Shown: piece by piece, positions 55,531-64,000 of the stretch
How positions within the stretch are numbered: position 1 is the first letter of the stretch
How the letters are laid out: each line of letters begins with the position of its first letter
From: Acidilobus sp.
GTDB lineage: Archaea > Thermoproteota > Thermoprotei_A > Sulfolobales > Acidilobaceae
Length of the DNA: 64,000 nt
Assembly: GCA_049977005.1 (NCBI GenBank)
Contig: JBMFHE010000003.1
Location: forward strand, 92,694-156,693
Direction: 5' to 3'
Position numbers and translations under genes: made by a program
Notes under the pieces: model-generated
Told to the model about the DNA's origin: nothing
Database searches by the model: none
Seen by the model: the letters and a program-made list of their open reading frames with translations, nothing else

Positions 55531-55980
55531 TTGTCCGGCAACGAGCTGTGGCAGGAGCTCTCAAGGGCCCTTGACGAGAGGGCGGCCACGTTAGAGAAGA
55601 TCCTAAAGGAGTTCATCGTAGACGTAACGTCATCAAACCTGCAGGACCTCCTCGCCAAGAACAAGGTGGTATTCCTTTACTTTACTGCGGAGTGGTGCGG
55701 CCCCTGCGTCAACTTCTTCAAGACGTATAAGGAAGTCGCTGTTGAGAACATATCGCCGGGCGTCGTCTACGGCAAGGTTGACGTAGACGCTGCCTACAGC
55801 GTGGCTGACAAATACAAGGTGAGGCACATACCGTCCATTTTGATTATAGTCGACGGTAAGGTCATGGACACCGTCGTGGGGTCGGTCTCAAGGCAGGAGC
55901 TGGAAAGGAAGGTGAAGGCTTACGTCGCCCTCGCGAGGGGCCAACAGGTCAACGACGTCAGTGGGACGCGAGGTCAATAG
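55531..55980 (+). CDS. Thioredoxin
   Basis: AEWCGPC and cis-Pro IP motif. Confidence 0.92.
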   Translation: MSGNELWQELSRALDERAATLEKILKEFIVDVTSSNLQDLLAKNKVVFLYFTAEWCGPCVNFFKTYKEVAVENISPGVVYGKVDVDAAYSVADKYKVRHIPSILIIVDGKVMDTVVGSVSRQELERKVKAYVALARGQQVNDVSGTRGQ

Positions 55981-57385
55981 CCTCCTCGACGTCAAGTATC
56001 TTTACGCCCACAGCTGACGCCACGTTGGACATGAGGTCCTTTACGGACTTGATGACCTCAAGGAGCCTCGCGGGGGTAAGGGCCTGTGCGTAGGCCCTGA
56101 CCTTAAACTCGGTGCCGCTTGGCCTCATTAAGATCCAGGAGCGATCATCGGCCTGAAGCCTTACGCCGTCAATCTCAAGCCTGTCAACGACTTTGGCTGG
56201 GCTCAACGCCTTCTCAAGCTGGGCTACGGCCTCCCTGTATAGCAGCTCTCTCTCGCGCGGCCCAGCCACGACGAACGAGAGCCTGGCGCTGGGGTAGCTC
56301 GGCATCTTTGAGAAGGCCTCGTGGAACGTAGTCCCCCTCGACATGATTTCGTCGACGACGACCAGGGCCTGGTATATTCCGTCAGGCCAGGGCCCCCAGG
56401 CGGGCTCAATGTACTTCCAGGGCTCGGCGGCCATGAGGGCATCAGGAGTGGAGGCCAGGTACTCGTGAAGCCTGCCGAGAGGGGCCCTCAGCAGCTTCCC
56501 GTTGCTCTCCTCAACGACCTCCTCTACCTCATACCCTACGTCGACGGAGACTATGATCGAGCCCTTGTGGTCCCTCAGCGCCCTTTCCGCGAGCAGGGCT
56601 ATTACGAGGTCCTGTTTGACGAACCCGTACCCCCTCAGAACTATGGCGAGCCTGTCCGCGTCCCCATCGTGGGCAAGCATGGCCTCAGCGCTAGTGGCGT
56701 CAAGGACAGGCATCAGGTTCTGCAGGACGTCAGGTCTAGGCTCAGGAAGCCTGCCCGGGAAGGTGCCGTCGAGGTTGCAGTTCACGGTCACCACCTTCCC
56801 GATCCCTGCCTTACGGAGAAGCTTGGGGGTGACTATGCTCGCGGCGCCGTTTGCGCAGTCCACTATAAGGCGAGGCCTTTCGGCCCTCTTCCACTTAGAC
56901 CTGTCAATAGACTGAACGGCGTCATTTATGTACGATTCGATGGCCGACGGCTCGAGAAGGTACGAGCCGGTCTTACTCCACTCCACCTCTGAGTAGCTGC
57001 CTAGGGACCTCTCGATGACTTCCTCCTCGGCCCTGAAAAGCTCCATGCCGTTGGCCTTGAACAGCTTTATGCCGTTGTCGGCCGGCGGGTTGTGGCTGGC
57101 AGATATCGAGGCGCCGAGGACTGACCTTGACCTCTTCACTTCATATGCTATTACGGGAAGGGGGGCCTCGCCTATCAGTATCACGTCCAGCCCGCCAGCC
57201 ATGAAGCCGGCCGCCGACGCAAAGGCGAGGAGGGGGCTCGTGAGCCTTGGGTCGTAGCCTACGACAGCGCTCCCCACGTTCTTAGCGATGACGTTTGCGG
57301 CCGTCAGAGAGATGTCATAAACAAGCCTTGGGTTAATGCGTGACGGGTAAGGGCCCCTTGCGCCCGCTGTCCCGAAAAGCGGCAG
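55958..57385 (-). CDS. Phosphohexomutase (PMM/PGM/GlmM family)
   Basis: SASHNP, DGDADR, RPSGTE; the frame extends upstream to LFGTAGARG; proposed CTG start at 57385. Confidence 0.9.
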   Translation of the reverse strand: MPLFGTAGARGPYPSRINPRLVYDISLTAANVIAKNVGSAVVGYDPRLTSPLLAFASAAGFMAGGLDVILIGEAPLPVIAYEVKRSRSVLGASISASHNPPADNGIKLFKANGMELFRAEEEVIERSLGSYSEVEWSKTGSYLLEPSAIESYINDAVQSIDRSKWKRAERPRLIVDCANGAASIVTPKLLRKAGIGKVVTVNCNLDGTFPGRLPEPRPDVLQNLMPVLDATSAEAMLAHDGDADRLAIVLRGYGFVKQDLVIALLAERALRDHKGSIIVSVDVGYEVEEVVEESNGKLLRAPLGRLHEYLASTPDALMAAEPWKYIEPAWGPWPDGIYQALVVVDEIMSRGTTFHEAFSKMPSYPSARLSFVVAGPRERELLYREAVAQLEKALSPAKVVDRLEIDGVRLQADDRSWILMRPSGTEFKVRAYAQALTPARLLEVIKSVKDLMSNVASAVGVKILDVEEAIDLASH

Positions 57386-57476
57386 AGCTCTTCCCCAAAT
57401 CTGTTGGGGAGGCCAAGTTATATACTTGAAGCCCCTTCATCTCAAGGGGCGGCTTAAACCTGGAGGTCTCCGCCGT

Positions 57477-57719
57477 TCACTTCAGGGGGACGGCGGGGCA
57501 CTTGGCCAGACCAAGCAGGTCTCCTATGCTCTTAGGCTTTATACAGACGACCCCTGTGTCCTCGTCTACCTCTATTGTGAACTCTCGACCCCACCTCTCC
57601 ACGACGTGCTTCTTGACGTAGAGGTTTATGGGCAGGGTATAGTAGTCGTACTCATACACCTTGGAGCCTACCTCCTTTCTCCCCCTAATTTCCTTAACCT
57701 TGACGTGTCGGACCTTCAC
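57477..57719 (-). CDS. Small basic beta-rich protein, possible AbrB-like DNA-binding protein
   Basis: Own BRE/TATA and GGTGA SD; strand-helix-strand-strand pattern ending in IKP. Confidence 0.65.
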   Translation of the reverse strand: MKVRHVKVKEIRGRKEVGSKVYEYDYYTLPINLYVKKHVVERWGREFTIEVDEDTGVVCIKPKSIGDLLGLAKCPAVPLK

Positions 57720-57931
57720 TGCACATCACCATGTTCTTTTTAGAGAATAGTATGGGTTAAACGCTTTTCACCGAGCGCTGGGAATTCCTGATAAATACTC
57801 CCTTAATGTGGATAATGGCGTGAGTGACAGGTAGTAAGCTGAGGGCTTATGTCCGGGATACCCTTAGTGCACGGGTGGCCATCTGCACGAAGCTTATTTT
57901 TCCTGGACGGCTTTGGCTTTTGGGACCTTAG

Positions 57932-59119
57932 GTGAGGGAACCCAGGATATACGTCGCCAAGGAGTCCGAGATACTGAGCGGGGATGCGACGGACATATAC
58001 TTCAAGAGGACTCAGGAGGCCCTGAGGGCGGCAGGCCTCGATAAGGTCAGGGTAAGGATGGAGGTCCACCTCTACGGCAACCCGCCCGGCGGTGAGTGGG
58101 CGGTCTACGCAGGCCTCGAGGAAGCCCTAGCGATAATGAAGGGCAAGCCGTTCACCGTCTACTCCCTGCCTGAGGGAACTCTGTTCAGAAGCAAGACGCC
58201 GCTGATGCTAATCGAGGCCCCCTACGTGGACTTCGCCCCCTTTGAGGCCGCGATCTTAGGCGTGCTTAGGTTCGAGAGCAGCATAGCGACCAAGGCGGCG
58301 AGGGTAAGGATAGCTGCCGGCGACAAGCTCCTGCTGTTCTTCGGCCTAAGGGCCCTTCACCCTGCCGTGTTCCCAGCGGCCGACAGGGCAGCCTATATAG
58401 GCGGGGCGGACTCCGTCAGCGGGGTCCTCTCTGAGAAGTACTTGGGCCTTAAGCCTCAGGGGACTATGCCTCACGCCTTCATAATAACCGTCGGCGATCA
58501 GAGGAGGGCGTGGAGGCTCTTCGCTGACGTCTTCGGCGGAAAGGTGAACGTCACCGCGCTCGTGGACACGTTTGATGACGAGAGGAACGAGGCGCTAATG
58601 GCCGCTGAGGAGCTTCGCGATAGGCTGTGGGGGGTGAGGCTTGACACGCCCTCGAGCAGGAGGGGCAACATGAGGGACATAGTCGAGGAGGTCAGGTGGA
58701 CCCTGGACCTCCACGGTTACAGGCACGTCAAGATAATAGTTAGCGGGGGCCTTGACGAGGAAGAGATTAGGTCGCTCCGTGACGTGGTAGACGGGTTTGG
58801 AGTTGGAACGTCCATAGCTATGCCCCATAGCGTCGACCTAAGCATGGACATAGTTGAGGTCAATAGAGGGTCCGGCTGGGAGCCCATTTCTAAGAGGGGG
58901 AAGATGCCGGGCGCCAAGATGGTCTACAGCTGCGGCCCGCTTCAGCACATAGTGGTCCCATGGAGCTCTGCGCCGCCCGCCTGTCCCGATGGCAGGAGAC
59001 CCGAGCAGCTGATGGTCAAGTACATGGAGAACGGGGAGCTCGTTCGCGACCTGCCAAGCATCGACGAGATCAGGTCCTATGTGATAAGCCAGCTGAAGGG
59101 GCTCGGGCTCCTAAAGTGA
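57932..59119 (+). CDS. pncB: Nicotinate phosphoribosyltransferase
   Basis: TDIYF, FGLR..HP, GTMPH, LVDTF, VRLDT, SGGL, GFGVGT. Confidence 0.93.
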   Translation: MREPRIYVAKESEILSGDATDIYFKRTQEALRAAGLDKVRVRMEVHLYGNPPGGEWAVYAGLEEALAIMKGKPFTVYSLPEGTLFRSKTPLMLIEAPYVDFAPFEAAILGVLRFESSIATKAARVRIAAGDKLLLFFGLRALHPAVFPAADRAAYIGGADSVSGVLSEKYLGLKPQGTMPHAFIITVGDQRRAWRLFADVFGGKVNVTALVDTFDDERNEALMAAEELRDRLWGVRLDTPSSRRGNMRDIVEEVRWTLDLHGYRHVKIIVSGGLDEEEIRSLRDVVDGFGVGTSIAMPHSVDLSMDIVEVNRGSGWEPISKRGKMPGAKMVYSCGPLQHIVVPWSSAPPACPDGRRPEQLMVKYMENGELVRDLPSIDEIRSYVISQLKGLGLLK

Positions 59120-59125
59120 GGCGTC

Positions 59126-60619
59126 TTGCTTAAGGTTAGGGGGCCCTCGAGGGTCTCCGCTATAAGGGCAGCACTCTACGGCCTATCGCTCCTAGTAAAC
59201 ATTGGGACGAGCGTTATTCTTGCCCGAAGGCTCGTGGCTAAGGACTACGCAGCTTACCAGTTTGCGACGAAGAGGATAATACAGTACGCGTCGATACCAA
59301 TGTCATTCTTTGGCCTATGGGCTTACAGGTACCTTGTCACCAGGAAGAGGGGGGCCTTTGGGGCCCTGCTCACGCTCTTGCTGATAAGCGTCATCATCTC
59401 CATACCCCTCGGAGTTGTGCTGGAGCTGAAGGAGGCGAACGTTAGCTTCCTGTCCGCCTCACTCGCCGCCCTCGTACTTGTAAGTCAGAACGTCTACTTC
59501 ACGGCGACGAGCGCGCTAGACGCGCTTCGCCCCGTCAGGAGGGCCCTGCTCTCACTGGTTTACAGGGTGCTCTACTTCGCGTCCGTGGCCGTAGCGCTCT
59601 ACCTTGCCACGCCAAGCCTTGAGCACGCCTTTGAGGCCACGGTGGCCTCCCTAGTTATGGGGGCTGGGCTGGGGGCCCTATGGCTGCGCGACCTTATAAC
59701 GAGGCATGACCTTGAAGGGGCCTCTGAGACCCTTCTCGAGTGGGCTAAGACTTCAAAGCCCCTGCTGATAAGTTACGTGATAGGGTTCCTCGCGTCCCTG
59801 GACGCCCTCGTGGCCTATGAGCTTGCGGGCGACCTAGTGGTTGCCGCGTTCTTCATAGCTGCCGCCGTCGCGACGCTGGTGAGGGAGGCAGCCAACAACG
59901 GCCTCTCTTACCTTCACCAGTACGTCCTGAGGACTGGTGACTTCGAGGGGGCCGCGAGGGCGATTTATATCGTTATGATAGCAGCGTCTCCGTTCCTCCT
60001 CTACGCGGCAGCTCACCCCGTTTACGTGATCTACGTGTTCAACCCAGTTTACTCCTGGTCCTCAGAGGCCACGAGGATCTTCATGGTAGTGGCCGTGATA
60101 GAGATATTCAACGCAGGCGTGGCCAACATGGCCTACGGGTCGATAAGGGAGGTGGGGCCTGAATCTATCCCTGCGTTTACGAGGCTGAGCCTGCTGACGT
60201 CGCTTCCGTCAGCCGTTTACCTCGCTACGTTGGCCGGGCTTCTGGTCACGCTTCACGGCCTCGGTCTTGGCATGCTTATCTTGGGGTGGGCCATAGCCTA
60301 CGGGATCAGGTTCGTCATGTCGACGGTAATCACTTATAGGCTCCTTATACCTGGCGAGGCTAAGAAGGCGATAGCCGGTTACCTGGGCAAGCTCGGCGCT
60401 TTCCTTGCGGTGTCAGCGGCGTTGGCTGTCTTAATCGCCCCCTTCAGCGCCCCCAGGAAGGGGATAATATCATCGATCGCCGTTCTCGCCCCGCCAGGAC
60501 TTCTATACCTTGCCGTGTACTTCTCATTCATAGTCCTCGCTGACAAGGATGTAAGGCGGTCCGTCAGGGGCCTAGCCTCTCAAATATTATTCTCCGGGCC
60601 TATCGGCGCCCCCGAGTGA
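59126..60619 (+). CDS. MOP-superfamily flippase-like membrane protein
   Basis: Many TM helices; N-terminal ILARRL...Y pattern. Confidence 0.65.
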   Translation: MLKVRGPSRVSAIRAALYGLSLLVNIGTSVILARRLVAKDYAAYQFATKRIIQYASIPMSFFGLWAYRYLVTRKRGAFGALLTLLLISVIISIPLGVVLELKEANVSFLSASLAALVLVSQNVYFTATSALDALRPVRRALLSLVYRVLYFASVAVALYLATPSLEHAFEATVASLVMGAGLGALWLRDLITRHDLEGASETLLEWAKTSKPLLISYVIGFLASLDALVAYELAGDLVVAAFFIAAAVATLVREAANNGLSYLHQYVLRTGDFEGAARAIYIVMIAASPFLLYAAAHPVYVIYVFNPVYSWSSEATRIFMVVAVIEIFNAGVANMAYGSIREVGPESIPAFTRLSLLTSLPSAVYLATLAGLLVTLHGLGLGMLILGWAIAYGIRFVMSTVITYRLLIPGEAKKAIAGYLGKLGAFLAVSAALAVLIAPFSAPRKGIISSIAVLAPPGLLYLAVYFSFIVLADKDVRRSVRGLASQILFSGPIGAPE

Positions 60620-61797
60620 ACGAGATGCCTGAGAGCACCGACATAATTAAGGCCCAGTATGACCTAGCTCAGGACCCATTCTCAGCCGTGGTTCCCCCAA
60701 TATACCTCAGCGTGGCCTACAGCTACGTAAGCGACGATGAGGCAAAGCTAGATGATAGGGGTGTCGTGGTCAAGTACTCTCGGGAGGAGAACCCGACCCT
60801 CAGGCCCTTCGAGAGGGCCCTAGCCGAGCTTGAGGGAGGTCACGAGGGTCTAGCCTTCAGCTCAGGCATGAGCTCAAACGCCACGACGCTGATGGCGTTG
60901 CTGAGGAAAAATGTGAAGGTTCTAGCGTTAATGGAGATGTACAGCACCACAATTCAGCTGCTTGAGCACATGGTTCAGCTGGTCGGAGGAACCCTTAAGC
61001 TGGCCTTCCCTACCACGGAAAGCCTCGTCAATGAGATGAGCGGGGAAAGGTATGACTTAGTCTTCATCGAAGTTATGACAAACCCGACCCTTAAAGTAAT
61101 TGACGTTAGGGAGGTCGGTCGCCTGGCAAGGGATCAGGGCGCCAAGCTAATAGTTGACAACACGTTCACAACGCCCCTACTCGTGAGGCCTATACGTCAT
61201 GGGGCGCAGGTCGTAATTCACAGCGCCACCAAGTATCTCGCCGGCCACAACGATGTGGTTGGCGGGGTGGCAGTTACGACAAGCGAGGACTTCGACCTCC
61301 TGTGGGAGTGGAGGCGGGTGCTTGGGACAGCCATGTCGCCGCTCGAGGCCTACCTCTCTTACAGGGGACTGAAGACGTTACCGTTGAGGTTCGAGAGGCA
61401 AAGCAGAACCGCGCAGGCCCTCGCTGAGTTCCTGCGCGATAACTCTAAGGTGAGGGTCGTCCACTACCCTGGCCTCAAGGACGACCCATATCACGAGGTT
61501 GCGGAGAGGCTCTTTGAGAGGAGGCTTTACGGGGGCGTGCTCTCGTTTAGCGTGAAGGGAGGTGTCGAGGAGGCTAAGAGGGTCCTGAGGTCCCTCCGCC
61601 TGGCGAGGGCAGCGCCGAGCCTTGGGGGAACAGAGACCCTGGTCACCATACCCGCCCTGACGGCGGCCAGCCACATACCGCCTGAGGACAGGAAGGCGCT
61701 CGGCATAGAGGACTCGCTGATAAGGGTCTCGGTAGGCCTTGAGGACACTGACGACATAGTTGAGGACTTCGGGAGGGCGCTAGGCTCGCTAAGCTAG
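60616..61797 (+). CDS. Cystathionine gamma-synthase/lyase family PLP enzyme
   Basis: YSREENPT, FSSGM, DNTF, HSATKYLAGHND, SLGG.E, RVSVGLE. Confidence 0.93.
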   Translation: MNEMPESTDIIKAQYDLAQDPFSAVVPPIYLSVAYSYVSDDEAKLDDRGVVVKYSREENPTLRPFERALAELEGGHEGLAFSSGMSSNATTLMALLRKNVKVLALMEMYSTTIQLLEHMVQLVGGTLKLAFPTTESLVNEMSGERYDLVFIEVMTNPTLKVIDVREVGRLARDQGAKLIVDNTFTTPLLVRPIRHGAQVVIHSATKYLAGHNDVVGGVAVTTSEDFDLLWEWRRVLGTAMSPLEAYLSYRGLKTLPLRFERQSRTAQALAEFLRDNSKVRVVHYPGLKDDPYHEVAERLFERRLYGGVLSFSVKGGVEEAKRVLRSLRLARAAPSLGGTETLVTIPALTAASHIPPEDRKALGIEDSLIRVSVGLEDTDDIVEDFGRALGSLS

Positions 61798-61848
61798 AGT
61801 CCCAGTTATAGCTTCCCGCGGCCCTAAACACCAATAGGAAACGCGAGA

Positions 61849-62634
61849 TTGACCATAGAGAGACTCTCGACGGGGGTTCCAGGAGTCGACAGGATGTTAG
61901 CTGGCGGCATACCTAGGGGCTTCTTCGTAGCCGTCGTCGGGGAGCCGGGCACCGGCAAAACCGTGTTCTCCCTTCACTTTGCCTGGGAGGGCGTTAAGGA
62001 GGGGGACAAGGTCATCTATGTGACGACCGAGGAGAGCAGGGAGAGCATCATAAGGCAGGCGGAGATGTTCGGCATGAACCTTGGCAAGGCTGTCGACGAC
62101 GGCAGGGCAATCATAATTGACGCCCTTCTCAAGTCGCAAAGCGATGAGTGGTCGCTCGAAGACGTTGACGTTGAGAGCCTCGTGAACAAGGTCATAGAGG
62201 CCAAGAAGAAGCTCGGCTATGGGAGGTCAAGGCTAGTTATAGACAGCATGAGCACGTTTTGGCTCGATAAGCCGGCAATGGCTAGGAAGTACAGCTACGC
62301 GGTCAAGAGGGTCCTTTACAAGTGGGACTTCACCGTGCTCATGACCAGCCAGTACGCAATAACTACGTCTAGCGCGTTCGGCTGGGGCCTTGAGCACGTG
62401 GCCGACGGCATAATCAGGTTCGGAAGGAGGATAGTTAACGGTGAGCTGAAGAGATACATCCTCATTGAGAAGATGAGGCAGACGCCTCACGACCTGAGGG
62501 TTCACTATATAGACATAGTCGACGGCAGGGGGCTCGTGATATTGGAGCCGGCCGAGTTCACGAGGGAGGACCTGTCATTGCCTGAGGAGGTCAAGAGGAG
62601 GATCAGGGAGTCAACCAAGGAGACCCGCCTTTGA
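61849..62634 (+). CDS. KaiC-like RecA-superfamily ATPase (single domain)
   Basis: LSTG..GVD, GEPGTGKT, TTEE, VIDS, EHVADGII, EKMR. Confidence 0.92.
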   Translation: MTIERLSTGVPGVDRMLAGGIPRGFFVAVVGEPGTGKTVFSLHFAWEGVKEGDKVIYVTTEESRESIIRQAEMFGMNLGKAVDDGRAIIIDALLKSQSDEWSLEDVDVESLVNKVIEAKKKLGYGRSRLVIDSMSTFWLDKPAMARKYSYAVKRVLYKWDFTVLMTSQYAITTSSAFGWGLEHVADGIIRFGRRIVNGELKRYILIEKMRQTPHDLRVHYIDIVDGRGLVILEPAEFTREDLSLPEEVKRRIRESTKETRL

Positions 62635-62701
62635 GCTAGGCTAACACGTAGGGGGTATGTTTAAAAAGTCCCCCGATGCTGGGGGTAATGGTGTGTATGT
62701 G

Positions 62702-63922
62702 ATGACAAGAAACATAGTGGTCAGGGAGCTCTCGCAGCCGCCAGTTGAGCAGACTCAGGTCGAGCTCGTCGAGAGGAAGGGCCTCGGGCACCCAGACTAC
62801 ATAAGTGACGCCGTGGCCGAGGAGGCCAGCAGGCAGCTGAGCCTCTATTACAAGGATAGGTTCGGGGCGATAATGCACCACAACCTTGACAAGGTTCTGC
62901 TCGTAGGCGGTCAAGCGAGCCCTAAGTGGGGAGGCGGCGACGTGCTTCATCCCATCTACATCATAGTGTCAGGCAGGGCCACGACCGAGGTCAGGACGTC
63001 GTCAGGTATAGAGGAGGTGCCCGTCGGGAGGATCGTACTTAGGGCCGTGAAGGATTGGATCAAGAGGAACCTCAGGTTCCTTGACCCCGAGACCCACGTG
63101 GTCGTTGACTACAAGATAGGCAAGGGCAGCGCAGACCTCAGGGGCATATTCGAGTCGAGAACCGCTTCGCACAGGGCGAACGACACAAGTTTCGGCGCTG
63201 GCTTCGCGCCGTTCACGACGCTCGAGAGGCTCGTCTACGAGACGGAGCGTACCCTGAACAGCCCAGAGTTCAAGTCCAGGGTCCCTGCGTCAGGGGAGGA
63301 CGTGAAGGTGATGGGCCTCAGGACCGGAAAGACCATAGACTTAACGATAGCGAACGCCATAGTGAGCAGGTTTGTGAGGGATAAGGACGAGTACATGAGC
63401 GTCAAGGATGAGATTAAGGAGAAGGTGCTGGATCTGGCCTCTAAGATAGCCCCTGACTACGACGTCAGGGTTTACGTGAACAACGGCGACATACCTGAGG
63501 AGGAGGTGTTCTACATAACCGTCACGGGGACTAGCGCTGAGCACGGTGACGACGGCGCGACCGGCAGGGGCAACAGGGTCAACGGGCTCATCACGCCGAT
63601 GAGGCCCATGAGCCTCGAGGCGGCGGCCGGCAAGAACCCCGTCAATCACATAGGGAAGATCTACAACGTCGCCGCCCTTGAGCTGGCCCAGATGATCTAT
63701 GCGAAGGTCCCCAACATAAAGGAGGTATACGTAAGACTGCTCGGACAGATAGGCAGGCCAATTGACGACCCGCTGATAGCGGACGTGTCGCTGATTATGG
63801 AAAATGGGGTCCAGCTGACCAGCAACGTCAAGGGTGAGATCTCGTCTCTTGTGGACGAGTACTTGGCGAGGCTGCCCGAGCTGACCGAGAAGTTCCTCAG
63901 AGGCCAGGTGCAGCTCTTCTGA
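62702..63922 (+). CDS. mat: Archaeal S-adenosylmethionine synthetase
   Basis: [51 protein letters not shown]. Confidence 0.96.
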   Translation: MTRNIVVRELSQPPVEQTQVELVERKGLGHPDYISDAVAEEASRQLSLYYKDRFGAIMHHNLDKVLLVGGQASPKWGGGDVLHPIYIIVSGRATTEVRTSSGIEEVPVGRIVLRAVKDWIKRNLRFLDPETHVVVDYKIGKGSADLRGIFESRTASHRANDTSFGAGFAPFTTLERLVYETERTLNSPEFKSRVPASGEDVKVMGLRTGKTIDLTIANAIVSRFVRDKDEYMSVKDEIKEKVLDLASKIAPDYDVRVYVNNGDIPEEEVFYITVTGTSAEHGDDGATGRGNRVNGLITPMRPMSLEAAAGKNPVNHIGKIYNVAALELAQMIYAKVPNIKEVYVRLLGQIGRPIDDPLIADVSLIMENGVQLTSNVKGEISSLVDEYLARLPELTEKFLRGQVQLF

Positions 63923-64000
63923 GGCCCCTTCGACGTTAAGTAGAAGTCTTAAAAGAGGGCCCCTGGCCAGCCCTGCTACGCCTATACTCGTCTAGCAGGC

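Noticed and set aside
57810-57845. GTGAGTGA...CTGA as a C/D sRNA
   Set aside because: Only half of the box set is recognisable
1-64000. Integrated element, IS or CRISPR-Cas locus at the tRNA genes
   Set aside because: No integrase, transposase or cas ORFs, no duplicated tRNA halves and no repeat-spacer array seen

Overview
A gene-dense, GC-rich core-genome segment of a crenarchaeon (Thermoproteota). Gene content (PriX, S26e, long S6e, BHB-intron tRNAs, frequent GTG/TTG starts) suggests Desulfurococcales/Acidilobales such as Acidilobus; this is an inference. It holds mostly information-processing genes: aIF5B, aIF2-gamma, aIF6, many r-proteins, the proteasome-alpha/SBDS/exosome cluster, Rpp30, CCA-adding enzyme, LeuRS, FtsY, Spt4, PriX and ThyX. 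It also has four tRNA genes (Phe, plus intron-containing Gln, Pro and Ile), a cydAA'-type bd oxidase, tetraether synthase Tes, sugar-nucleotide enzymes and SAM synthetase. I saw no mobile element, CRISPR array or rRNA. Most notable observations: (i) an AmrS radical SAM gene coupled to a tandem paralog that has lost the CxxxCxxC motif, in a leuS-HD hydrolase run; (ii) tRNA introns complementary to their own D-arm, a perfect 12 bp in tRNA-Gln; (iii) an intergenic C/D-box sRNA whose guides resemble antisense to tRNA D- and T-arms; (iv) a 58-aa protein with 39 Glu; (v) a phosphohexomutase whose conserved N-terminus lacks a canonical start codon; (vi) a perfect 16-bp palindrome before a CDF transporter; (vii) local scrambling of conserved archaeal superoperons. 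All family calls come from motif recognition, not database searches.
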